Below are positions 42,260-50,112 of a DNA stretch of 64,000 bases, piece by piece (position 1 is the first letter of the stretch; every line of letters begins with the position of its first letter). The translations under genes and the position numbers were made by a program. A model generated the notes under the pieces. The model was given only the letters and a program-made list of their open reading frames with translations. It made no database searches and was not told the origin of the DNA. Source of the stretch: Rhodothermales bacterium (GTDB lineage Bacteria; Bacteroidota; Rhodothermia; Rhodothermales; JANQRZ01); assembly GCA_965214485.1 (NCBI GenBank), contig CBDCBW010000015.1, positions 338,000 to 401,999 on the forward strand, given 5' to 3'.

Positions 42260-42423
42260 TCAGCGCCTGAACCCATGCCGTCCGAGGTTTCCCCGCGTCG
42301 GGGTTGGGAGCGAATTCCTGGAACTCCCGCGCTCCGACGACGGCGTGAGCGCCGAAGGCGAGGAGGGTGAGGGTACCGGCGATGACGGCGAGGACATTCA
42401 TTCCTCAGTTAAAGGTTTCAAGG

Positions 42424-42553
42424 CCGTATACCAAAGGGCCGCTCACCCACGCGGGGAAAACAGGATGATGGTCGGACGAAGCTGCGGAAGCGGTGGAGTT
42501 CGGACGAGGCAAGACCGTGTAGCCCTTCGTCGGCGTGCAGCGGCGGGTTAGGC
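42424..42553 (-). repeat. attC-like site A1
   Basis: Left box degenerate (GTATACC). Inner arms GGGCCGCTCACCC / GTGCAGCGGCGG. Right box GTTAGGC. Confidence 0.65.
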
Positions 42554-42561
42554 AGCCGTGG

Positions 42562-43179
42562 CTACCCACTCACGCCCTGGAACACTTTCAGCACCTCGCT
42601 CTCCGGCACCTGGTTGCTCCGTGGCAACAGGTCTTTGCCCGCGAGCGCCGCTGCCACGCGCGCTACCGACGCCCCATGCTGCCGCCCGCCTTCCAGGGCC
42701 TCGTCCTGGACTCCAACTGGCTCCATGCGCCGCCCGCCCGTCCGCGCGTGAGGCCCCCACCGCGAGCCGGTCGTCTCGCTCCCCGGCGACGACTTCGGAA
42801 ACGGAACCAAAATCATCCCGCACTCCGCCAGTGGGCCGAGCATGGCGAGTTGAGTCAGCTCGCTCCCGCTCCCAGCGTCGCCGTACCCGCCCCCGGTCGT
42901 GAACGCAGCTGCGACCTTCCCGACAAGCTCGTCCGTGAGCCAGAGGTGGTACACGGCGGCGTCGATGAACCGCTTGACGCGCCAATCGAGCATCCCCATG
43001 TGGACCGGCGAACCGAGGATGAGGGCGTCGCAAGCACGTACCTCTTTCTCTGTCGCCTCCTCGACGCCCCGCATTACGACCTCAGTACCGGAGACGGAAC
43101 CCGCGCCCTCACCGACGGCTTCGGCCAGCTTCTTCGTGTTCTCGAAGAGGGTGGTGTAGACGATCAGGACGTTTGCCAT
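42562..43179 (-). CDS. Flavodoxin-fold NAD(P)H-dependent oxidoreductase (WrbA-like); cassette 12
   Basis: 205 aa. MANVLIVYTTLFENTKKLAEAV...LILGSPVHMGMLDWRVKRFID is typical of the flavodoxin-like fold. Stop lies 8 nt from A1. Confidence 0.7.
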   Translation of the reverse strand: MANVLIVYTTLFENTKKLAEAVGEGAGSVSGTEVVMRGVEEATEKEVRACDALILGSPVHMGMLDWRVKRFIDAAVYHLWLTDELVGKVAAAFTTGGGYGDAGSGSELTQLAMLGPLAECGMILVPFPKSSPGSETTGSRWGPHARTGGRRMEPVGVQDEALEGGRQHGASVARVAAALAGKDLLPRSNQVPESEVLKVFQGVSG

Positions 43180-43235
43180 GTCGGTAGGGCCTCGTTTGGT
43201 TATGATACGGTGGAGTTGGCTACGCTGTCACGGGG

Positions 43236-43366
43236 CCGCCTAACAGATTGCCACTCAGCCGCGAAGGGCTGACGGCACGGTGGTAGAACGGAGCGAAAGT
43301 AGCGCCGACGCTCAGGCGAGCCGAGAACGCTGACGCCCTTCGTCGGCTTGCGGCGGCGGGTTATGC
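43236..43366 (-). repeat. attC-like site A2
   Basis: Plus-strand boxes GCCTAAC ... GTTATGC. Arms TGCCACTCAGCC / TGCGGCGGCGG. Confidence 0.75.
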
Positions 43367-43684
43367 CGCAACGATATACGAGCGGCCCGGACGTACCGAC
43401 GGCAAGAGCGCGTTCAACTTCGGTAGTAGCGGTTCGAGGTCTGCCAGGTCTGAACTCGGCGCTCGGACGACGATTACCGCGAGGTCGAGTGCTGCCACGT
43501 TCTGTTGGTACTGCAAGTTGGAGTCGAGCGTCACGAAGACGTCGAACTCTGCCGCTGCGGCTCGAAGCAACTCCCCGTTCTTCTTCCCGCTCCATCCTCG
43601 GTACTTCACCGTCACGACGTCGTGGGCTGCGTCGAAGCCTCGCCGGAGCCGCCAGTCGAGGTTCTCATCCAGGAGCACCCGCAT
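43361..43684 (-). CDS. DUF5615-type PIN-like toxin; cassette 11
   Basis: 107 aa (MRVLLDENLDWRLRRGF...). Paralog of 44856..45176. Its TAA stop lies inside the GCATAAC box of A2. Confidence 0.7.
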   Translation of the reverse strand: MRVLLDENLDWRLRRGFDAAHDVVTVKYRGWSGKKNGELLRAAAAEFDVFVTLDSNLQYQQNVAALDLAVIVVRAPSSDLADLEPLLPKLNALLPSVRPGRSYIVAA

Positions 43685-43702
43685 CAGGCAGGAGCACTCG
43701 CA

Positions 43703-43915
43703 TCAGGTGGTCGCGAGGACGGCGTCCTTCGCCAACGCCAGAAATGCAACCGCCTGCTCACGGCTGACGCTGGGAAACCCTTCTAAGAAGTAATCGAGCG
43801 GTCGGCCTGCCGCGAGATAGTCGAGGAGGTTCTGAACGGGGACGCGCGTGCCTTGAAAGACAGGCGTGCCTCCCAAGATGTCGGGGTCGGAATGGTAAAC
43901 TTGGTGCCTTTCCAT
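43703..43915 (-). CDS. DUF433-type antitoxin; cassette 11
   Basis: 70 aa from ATG 43915 (MERHQVYHSDPDILGGTPVFQGTRVPVQNLLDYL). The ILGG.PVF.GTRVP motif is typical of DUF433. Confidence 0.75.
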   Translation of the reverse strand: MERHQVYHSDPDILGGTPVFQGTRVPVQNLLDYLAAGRPLDYFLEGFPSVSREQAVAFLALAKDAVLATT

Positions 43916-44002
43916 CGGGTCTACGTGGCTGGCGGGTCTACGTGGCTGTTCGGAGAATCGAACGCCTTCTGCCACCTTTCCGATCCAGCACCGGCGCAGT
44001 TG

Positions 44003-44122
44003 CGGCATAACAGGGGGCCGCTCAGCCGCACAGCGCGGCGATTGAACGAGACAAAGTAGGTGGCAAGGTTCGGACGAGGCAAGACGGCGGAGCGCCGTGT
44101 CGGCCTGCAGCGGCGGTTATAC
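44003..44122 (-). repeat. attC-like site A3
   Basis: Boxes GCATAAC ... GTTATAC. Arms GGCCGCTCAGCC / CTGCAGCGGCG. Confidence 0.75.
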
Positions 44123-44130
44123 AGCCGGGG

Positions 44131-44724
44131 CTACATGCCGTCCTGATCCAGCCGGTACGCGAACACCCCGTTCATCTCACAGATGAAGGCGACGTACCGC
44201 TCGTCCGGCGAGAGCGTCAGGCTGTGACAGTTCTCAAACCCGCTCGTCCAGAGCGTCTCCGGTTCCGCGCCGGTCCGAGTTATCACGAACGCGGTGCTCA
44301 TGCCCTCCTGGTGTAGCTCGACGGAGGTACCCCCTTTGGTACGCATGGAGCGAGGGGCAAAGTTCGCGGCCTCCTGCCAGGCAGTGGCTTCGGGTGCTTC
44401 CGCGACAGACTCGCCCGACTGGAGGGCACCGAGCGGAAGATCACCCCGCCATGTCGCCCCGACAAGGGCAAGAGAGTCGAGGCGAACCGAATACCAAATC
44501 CCGGCTACGTTCGCAGCGAGCCGTGAGCCGTCTGGCGACCAGACCGGGAACTCGTCCACAGCTTGGGAGGGGACAATCAGCGCGGTGCTCGCTCCGAGGC
44601 GGGTGAGTTCAGCATCGAGGGATTGAAGAGTGTAGGAGGTGTCAGGCGGTGCATCAGCCTCCTTCTCTTGCGCAAAGGATGGGCTGGCAGCCAAGAGCAG
44701 TAGAGGGAGAACGAGTCTGTACAT
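44131..44724 (-). CDS. Secreted protein with PD40-like motifs; cassette 10
   Basis: 197 aa from ATG 44724 (MYRLVLPLLLLAASPSFAQ signal peptide). Motifs WSPDGSRLAA and LSPDERYVAF. The longer track ORF start would lie inside attC A4. Confidence 0.6.
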   Translation of the reverse strand: MYRLVLPLLLLAASPSFAQEKEADAPPDTSYTLQSLDAELTRLGASTALIVPSQAVDEFPVWSPDGSRLAANVAGIWYSVRLDSLALVGATWRGDLPLGALQSGESVAEAPEATAWQEAANFAPRSMRTKGGTSVELHQEGMSTAFVITRTGAEPETLWTSGFENCHSLTLSPDERYVAFICEMNGVFAYRLDQDGM

Positions 44725-44730
44725 TGGGAG

Positions 44731-44861
44731 GCTGTATAGCAGAGGGCTGCTCATCCGCCTAGGGCAAGCAGCACGAGGGTGGAACGAGGCAGTGTAAGCG
44801 GCGCAGGTTGCACGAGGCAAGACCGTGCAGCCCTTCGTCCGCCTGCAGCGGCGGGTTATAA
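44731..44861 (-). repeat. attC-like site A4
   Basis: Left box degenerate (GTATAGC), right box GTTATAA. Arms GGGCTGCTCATCC / CTGCAGCGGCGG. Confidence 0.65.
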
Positions 44862-45176
44862 TGCCACGCGGATTACGCGCCCCGGAGCCGCCTCCTGCAA
44901 CGCTGCGTTGATCGACGCCACCAACGGGAGCAGGTCATCGATGTCGTTGCTCACGGCCGAGAGCACGATCAGACACAGCTCGATCCCCGTCAGGTTCTGC
45001 TGATACTCGATCCCCCGGTCTATCGTCAGCAGCACGTCGAACTCCAAGGCCGCCAGCCGGAGCAGTGGGCCGTTCTTGATGCCGCCCCACCCACGCTCGG
45101 GCACCGTCAGCGCCTCCGCCTCCAGCGAGCACTTCAGCTTGCGCGGCAGGTTCTCGTCGAGCAGGACCCGGATCAC
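44856..45176 (-). CDS. DUF5615-type PIN-like toxin; cassette 9
   Basis: 106 aa. GTG start overlaps the antitoxin stop (GTGA). Sequence IRVLLDENLPRKLK. Its TAA stop lies inside the TTATAAC box of A4. Confidence 0.7.
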   Translation of the reverse strand: MIRVLLDENLPRKLKCSLEAEALTVPERGWGGIKNGPLLRLAALEFDVLLTIDRGIEYQQNLTGIELCLIVLSAVSNDIDDLLPLVASINAALQEAAPGRVIRVAL

Positions 45177-45385
45177 GCCTCAGCCACCAACTCCTGCTCA
45201 GCCAACTCGAGCAAGGCTTCGGCCTGCTCCCGGCTGACCGTGGGGAAATCGTCACGGAAGTCCTCGATCCGCTTCCCCTTGCGGAGGTAGACGAGCAGCG
45301 TGTCAATAGGCACGCGGGTGCCGGTGAAGACCGGCGTGCCGCCGAGGATTTCGGGATCGGAGTGGTAAACGTCAGTGCGCTTCAT
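45173..45385 (-). CDS. DUF433-type antitoxin; cassette 9
   Basis: 70 aa (MKRTDVYHSDPEILGGTPVFTGTRVPIDTLLVYL). Confidence 0.75.
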   Translation of the reverse strand: MKRTDVYHSDPEILGGTPVFTGTRVPIDTLLVYLRKGKRIEDFRDDFPTVSREQAEALLELAEQELVAEA

Positions 45386-45465
45386 CGCTTCGGCTCATAT
45401 CGTTTCAGGTTGCTCGCCTGACTTCAAACGCCCCTGCTCCCGTTCGGATTCAGCGCGTCGGGAGT

Positions 45466-45598
45466 GGCCGTATAACAGATGGCCGCTCACCCGCGCAGGG
45501 CAAGCAGCACGATGGTCGGACGAAGCTACGGAAACGCAGACGTTCGGACGAGCCGAAAACGCTCGCGCCCTGCGTCGGCGTGCAGCGGCGGGTTATGT
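45466..45598 (-). repeat. attC-like site A5
   Basis: Boxes GTATAAC ... GTTATGT. Arms GGCCGCTCACCC / GTGCAGCGGCGG. The IS481-like element is inserted about 17 nt beyond its right box. Confidence 0.8.
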
Positions 45599-45680
45599 GC
45601 ACGGGCGGTACAGACCGGGCTGATGGTTTACACAATAGTCCAGGCACATGGTTTACACGGACACCCTTCCGTGAGTTGCC

Positions 45681-46878
45681 ATGCCCTTCCAGACTACCGA
45701 CCCGCCTATGGAGCGCGCCCGCCTCGTCGCCGCTCACCTCGACGGCCTCTACTCTGTCGCCGAACTCGCCGACCGCTTCTCGGTCTCCCGGCCCACCGTT
45801 TCTCGGTCTCCCGGCCCACCGTTTCTCGGTCTCCCGGCCCACCGTCTACAAGTGGATCGAGCGATACGCTGAGGGTGGCACCGAGGCGCTCCTCGACCGT
45901 AGCCGAGCCCGACATACCCAGCACGCTAAGACCGACCCGGAGGCGGAGCGCCTGCTCATTGAGGCCCGGCGGGCGCACCCCACCTGGGGCGCACGCAAGC
46001 TGCTGCCCTACCTCGCCCGGCGGCACGAGGGCGTCCGCTGGCCTGCGCCGTCTACGGCAGCGGCCATCCTCCAGCGCCACGGGCTGACGAAGACGCGCCG
46101 CAAGCGCCGGGTGCCGAAGCACCCCGGCTCCGCCCCGCTGGTGACGACGGCCCCCAACGAGGTCTGGACGGCCGACTTCAAAGGCCAGTTCAAGACCCGC
46201 GACGGGGTGTACTGCTACCCGCTGACGGTCTGCGACGCCCACTCGCGCTTTGTGCTCGGCTGCACCGGCCTGCCATCGGTCAAGCAGAAGGGCGCGAAGG
46301 ATCAGTTCGAGCGCCTGTTCCAGAAGTACGGCCTGCCCGAGGCGATCCGTAGCGACAACGGCGTACCGTTCGCCACGCAGGCGCTCTGCGGCCTGAGTCG
46401 GCTGAACGTGTGGGGGCTCAAGCTCGGAATCGGGCACGACCGGATCGCACCAGGGCAGCCTCAACAGAACGGACGCCACGAGCGGATGCACAAGACCCTG
46501 AAGGCCGAGACGGCACGACCACCCGAGCGTGAGATGGCACGGCAGCAGGTGCGCTTCGACGGCTGGCGCACGGAGTTCAACGACGAGCGCCCGCACGAGG
46601 CCCTCAGCTATGAGACTCCCGCTTCACTCTACGTGGCCTCGCCCCGCGCAATGCCCGACGTGCTCCCGAAGCCGGAGTACCCCGGCCACTTCGAGGTGCG
46701 CTGGCTCTCGAAGAGCGGCAACATCAAGTGGAAGCGGCAGCAGCTCTTCGTCAGTCAGGCGCTGGCGCACGAGTGGGTCGGGCTCGAGGAAGTCGCCGAC
46801 GGGGTGTGGAGCTTGTACTTCTACGACCGGCTGTTGGCGCGGCTTGACGAGCGCTCGGGGCTAAGGCTTCGGCCGTGA
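45681..46878 (+). pseudogene. IS481-family transposase (HTH + rve integrase core), frameshifted by a 23-bp tandem triplication
   Basis: MPFQTTDPPMERARLVAAHLDGLYSVAELADRFSVSRPTV (frame of 45681) continues as YKWIERYAEGGTEALLDRSR... only in the +1 frame after 45844. The core contains WTADF...D...RSDNGVPF...E. Confidence 0.8.
45776..45844 (+). repeat. Perfect 23-bp tandem repeat x3 (TTCTCGGTCTCCCGGCCCACCGT) inside the transposase gene
   Basis: Read directly at 45776-45798, 45799-45821 and 45822-45844. Two extra units add 46 bp, which shifts the frame by +1. Confidence 0.95.
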
Positions 46879-46935
46879 GGGGTGTAAACGATGTGGTCAG
46901 ACAAAACTGTAAAGGAACTGACCGGCTCCTACAGG

Positions 46936-47769
46936 TCAGACTTCGTACAGATCGTGGAGGAGTTGTATGGTGTCCCGTGCGAACTCTCGGGCCTCAGACT
47001 TCGATACAGTTCGGTTCCCGTGTACGATGCGGCTCAGGTCAGCGTAGAGATCGCTGATCGGCCCCCGGAATTTCTTGAAGTGATTGCTCCTGTCCAACAG
47101 CGCCCGGAGGTCGGCAGGTTGCATCTGATAATCCTCAGGAATGCGGAAACTCCGGTTCTGCTCTCGCGCTTTTCGCTCGTAGTACGACTTGGTGATGCCG
47201 TAATTCTGGTGCTCAGGGTCGAAGAAGCCTTCGAGTTGACACAGGTGGCGCAGCGCAATCTCAATCACCGTTCGGCAAAGGACGCAAACGGCGAGGTACT
47301 GCTCGAAGGCGTAGCACTGCCGCATCTCCTGCAAGAAGGAGCCGAACTCGGTGGGGGTGTCGTCAGCGCGAGCTACAAGCGCGCCCACTTCCAACATGCC
47401 GGAGACGTATTCGTAGTGGCTGTACCACGGGAAGAAGTGCTCCTCCGCAAGCTCGTCCAACTCGTCGAAGGTGTGCTCGTCATCGAAGAGGTCTGAGAGT
47501 GGAGTGTCCGAGACTACCTCTTCCAGAGGGAGCTTCTTGCCGAGCACGATCCTCTGGACGGTCGCTCGCACATCCCGCGACGCATCATCGGGCAGGAGCG
47601 CAGCCGGTGAATCGAGGAAGTGCTGTTTGATCGAGCGCTTGATCTGACCGTGCTCCTCGACCAGCGCACCGAGCGGCTTGAAGTCCTTCTTGTCGAACGC
47701 CAGAGACAGTGCGTCCGGGAACTCCTGCTCAATCTGCCGGAGGCGTTCGATCTGCTCAGCGAAGTCCAT
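46936..47769 (-). CDS. Hypothetical protein with a DUF4145/HEPN-like C-terminal region; cassette 8
   Basis: 277 aa. The helical C-terminus (CRTVIEIALRHLC ... LYADLSRIVHGNRTVSKSEAREF) is reminiscent of DUF4145/Abi-type HEPN. This is a recall-level assignment only. Confidence 0.5.
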   Translation of the reverse strand: MDFAEQIERLRQIEQEFPDALSLAFDKKDFKPLGALVEEHGQIKRSIKQHFLDSPAALLPDDASRDVRATVQRIVLGKKLPLEEVVSDTPLSDLFDDEHTFDELDELAEEHFFPWYSHYEYVSGMLEVGALVARADDTPTEFGSFLQEMRQCYAFEQYLAVCVLCRTVIEIALRHLCQLEGFFDPEHQNYGITKSYYERKAREQNRSFRIPEDYQMQPADLRALLDRSNHFKKFRGPISDLYADLSRIVHGNRTVSKSEAREFARDTIQLLHDLYEV

Positions 47770-47791
47770 CAGTGGGCACGGTGGGAAGGAA

Positions 47792-47914
47792 GCATAACAG
47801 GTTGCGCTTCAGCCGCGCCGGAACGCGACCGTGGAGTGGAAAGCTACGATGAGTGCTAGCACACCGACGGCAAAACCGCACAGCCCGGCGTCGGTCTGCA
47901 AGCGCGGGTTATAC
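47792..47914 (-). repeat. attC-like site A6 (divergent arms)
   Basis: Boxes GCATAAC ... GTTATAC. Arms GTTGCGCTTCAGCC / GGTCTGCAAGCGCGG still pair, so the structure is conserved rather than the sequence. Confidence 0.7.
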
Positions 47915-48472
47915 CGCCGGGCTTGGCAGTTTTTGTATAGCAAGACCTCGTCCTGATACCCAATCAACGTATTCCCCCCATCCCCCCACTTGAAATACAA
48001 CCTCCACTTGGTCCATTCTCGATAGGTAATTAAGCACGTTCCGATGTTCCGGCTTGTCAGCGAAGCGGATAGACATCCTCGTCACGGACCAAGGAATTCG
48101 AGAGGAATCCTGGTGGTAGATAGCAGATAGCTTCACCTCACCAGCAAAGGTGCTGATGTCATCAACAACCATCTTCGCGGCGGTAACAGGATTAGAAAGG
48201 TCGCAATTATCGCCTGTCAGCGGGTAATCATTCGCCCGAATTGAAGTCATACTGGAATGCCTCTCAGATATGTCGAGTAGTTCTTGCAGCAGTTCAGGAG
48301 CAGGTCGAAAATCATTGCCAGTGGAGATCGTCAAGGCAACCAACCGATCCTTCTCCCTTTGTTGAATGTCCTTCAGTCGTTTGGTTTCGGAGCGCGCCTT
48401 CCGAGTCGCTAACGCTTGCAGATAAAAGGCTAACGCTATACTGGCAACTAAAATAGTTAGGAAAAAGAGCAT
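47909..48472 (-). CDS. Membrane-anchored orphan protein; cassette 7
   Basis: 187 aa. N-terminal TM helix MLFFLTILVASIALAFYLQAL. Lower-GC sequence. Its TAA stop lies inside the GTATAAC box of A6. Confidence 0.6.
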   Translation of the reverse strand: MLFFLTILVASIALAFYLQALATRKARSETKRLKDIQQREKDRLVALTISTGNDFRPAPELLQELLDISERHSSMTSIRANDYPLTGDNCDLSNPVTAAKMVVDDISTFAGEVKLSAIYHQDSSRIPWSVTRMSIRFADKPEHRNVLNYLSRMDQVEVVFQVGGWGEYVDWVSGRGLAIQKLPSPAV

Positions 48473-48487
48473 AGATCAGGACGCGAG

Positions 48488-48619
48488 GCGGTATAACAGA
48501 CGGCCGCTCACCCACGCAGGGCAAGCAGCACAATGGTTGGACGGGGCAACGTAGACACCGATGCTCGGACGAGCCCAGAACGCTTGCGCCCTGCGTCGGC
48601 GTGCAGCGGCGGGTTATAC
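48488..48619 (-). repeat. attC-like site A7
   Basis: Boxes GTATAAC ... GTTATAC. Arms GGCCGCTCACCC / GTGCAGCGGCGG. A second stem is CGCAGGGCAAGC / GCTTGCGCCCTGCG. Confidence 0.8.
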
Positions 48620-48674
48620 AGAATCATTCTTGGTACCTCTGTTCAGGCTAAATAATATTTGATATTTAAGGCTT

Positions 48675-49727
48675 CTAAAATAGCGTAGTCTGCTCAACTG
48701 ACACTTCTGTTTCCGTTGCGCCGTCACCCGAAATAGCCGGGTCAAGCTCATCAAAGCGGAACCGGGAGCTTTCGAGGTACTCTTCCTCAAGCTCGAAGGC
48801 GAGGTAACGGCGGCCCATTTCCTGCGCCACCTCGCCGGTCGTGTTGCTCCCGGCGAAGGGATCAAGCACGAGATTACCTTCTTCAGTAGTAAGGCCGATG
48901 ATGAACTCGGGGAGCGCCTTCGGGAAGCGGGCAGGATGCCGCTTGGCTCCGGTCTCGCGGCACCGCCGCTGATAGCGGTCGTTGCTGGACGTGTTCGACG
49001 CCGCTACGACATTGACGGGGACGGGTTCACCGATCTCGTGCTCAAAGGCGTCATCCTCTAGGATGTTTGGCGGAATCGCGCCGCCGTTGTTCTTTCCGAA
49101 CTTGTCTGAGATGTCGTGTTCGCTCGGGCGGAGCTTCGGCGTGTAGCCGTTCTTCATCAGGTGCTTCTGCGCCTTGCTGTAAGGCTTCAGCACACTCCGG
49201 TTCGTCACTTTCCCGTCCTTCTCATCAACGACGGCAGAGGGGCGAAGCCACCAAACGGTGTTGACTGCATCCTTGACACGGATGCGGCGGACGGTCACCC
49301 ACTCGGCAGGCGTCGGCAGCTTGGCCGGATTGTACCAGTAGAGTTCTTGCGCGAGGAAGAAACCGAACTCCCCGCCTTCCTCGACTGGCTTGCACAGCCG
49401 AAGCAGAAACTCGTAATGGTAGAGGCTGCGATACGGTAGCCCTTTGATCCACGTACCGCCTAAGTCAATGACGAGCGAACCGTCGGGTTTAAGGATGCGC
49501 TTGAACTGCTCTGCAAAGGGTCTAAACCACTCGACGTACTTCTCAGACGTGACGTTGCCGTAGCCTTTCTGTCGGAGTAGCGCAAACGGCGGCGACGTGC
49601 AGATGAGGTCCACGGACTCATCGCCAAGCTGCTTCATCAGTTCCACGCTGTCGCCGAGGTAGGCCGCGCCAGCTTCCGTGGTGTAGTAAGGCTGGGCGTC
49701 GCCGAGGGTTGGGAGCGGCATGGGCAC
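48675..49727 (-). CDS. Beta-class DNA methyltransferase (N4-cytosine or N6-adenine); cassette 6
   Basis: 350 aa. Motif IV TSPPF lies near the N-terminus and motif I DPFAGSNTTG near the C-terminus. The first ATG is at 49721; the track start at 49727 is GTG. Confidence 0.85.
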   Translation of the reverse strand: MPMPLPTLGDAQPYYTTEAGAAYLGDSVELMKQLGDESVDLICTSPPFALLRQKGYGNVTSEKYVEWFRPFAEQFKRILKPDGSLVIDLGGTWIKGLPYRSLYHYEFLLRLCKPVEEGGEFGFFLAQELYWYNPAKLPTPAEWVTVRRIRVKDAVNTVWWLRPSAVVDEKDGKVTNRSVLKPYSKAQKHLMKNGYTPKLRPSEHDISDKFGKNNGGAIPPNILEDDAFEHEIGEPVPVNVVAASNTSSNDRYQRRCRETGAKRHPARFPKALPEFIIGLTTEEGNLVLDPFAGSNTTGEVAQEMGRRYLAFELEEEYLESSRFRFDELDPAISGDGATETEVSVEQTTLF

Positions 49728-49756
49728 CTCTTTAGATTGATTGCGCGATGGAAAGG

Positions 49757-49882
49757 CTTGACAACGTCAAGCGGGGAGCGCTACGTTAACGGCAATTTAT
49801 GCGCTCGCGCCAAAGGGTAGGGCATCTACCTTCGGGCCGAGCGCGCTGAACCATACTACGACAACGCCTTGACTAAGTCAAG
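49757..49882. promoter_or_regulatory. Divergent R-M control region with two copies of the palindrome CTTGAC-n3-GTCAAG
   Basis: CTTGACAACGTCAAG at 49757-49771 and CTTGACTAAGTCAAG at 49868-49882. The second copy overlaps the putative TTG start of the HTH gene. Confidence 0.6.
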
Positions 49883-50111
49883 CAGTTTTTCGCCAGAGGA
49901 CTTCAAGCCGGACGATTGGGTTTCGCAATCGGAGGCAGCGGACATCCGCGGCGTCTCTCGACAGGCGATCCACCAACTCGTGCAGAAGGGCCGGTTCCGC
50001 ACCTACGCTGTGGCCGGACGGACGCTCGTGCTACGGGAGGATGTGGTACAGTACGAACCGGACAAGGGAGGGCGTCCGCCCACCTCGGACGAGACCGAAC
50101 AAGGGGCATAG
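49869..50111 (+). CDS. Small HTH DNA-binding protein (excisionase/MerR-like HTH; candidate controller of the R-M unit); cassette 6
   Basis: 80 aa. WVSQSEAADIRGVSRQAIHQLVQKGRF reads as an HTH. The only in-frame start is TTG at 49869. Confidence 0.55.
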   Translation: MTKSSSFSPEDFKPDDWVSQSEAADIRGVSRQAIHQLVQKGRFRTYAVAGRTLVLREDVVQYEPDKGGRPPTSDETEQGA

Positions 50112-50112
50112 C

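Larger units (their letters stand above)
41155..42401 (-). pseudogene. Small membrane-protein gene interrupted by an IS element
   Basis: Removing 41403-42259 joins MNVLAVIAGTLTLLAFGAHAVVGAREFQEFAPNPDAGKPRTAWVQA (42401-42264) in frame to LSGWHWVLVSLLAAALLFLLIGF...AGLAYFAS (ending at 41155). Confidence 0.8.
45615..46925 (+). mobile_element. IS481-family insertion sequence (about 1.3 kb; ends approximate) inserted in cassette 8 next to attC A5
   Basis: About 45-bp imperfect terminal inverted repeats (CCGGGCTGATGGTTTACAC...ACATGGTTTACACGG vs the reverse complement of CCGTGAGGGGTGTAAACGATGT...CTGTAAAGGAACTGACCGG). Encodes an rve-type transposase. Confidence 0.7.

Noticed and set aside
44725-44820. 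N-terminal extension of ORF 44131..44820, and similar extensions at 44008 for the DUF433 gene and 57618 for the first cassette ORF
   Set aside because: The extensions lie inside attC sites or the junction box. Internal ATGs give proper signal peptides or family-typical N-termini.
45776-45844. Programmed ribosomal frameshift in the IS481-like transposase
   Set aside because: The frame change is fully explained by two extra copies of a 23-bp unit (46 bp). No slippery heptamer or pseudoknot context is evident, so a mutational frameshift is more parsimonious.
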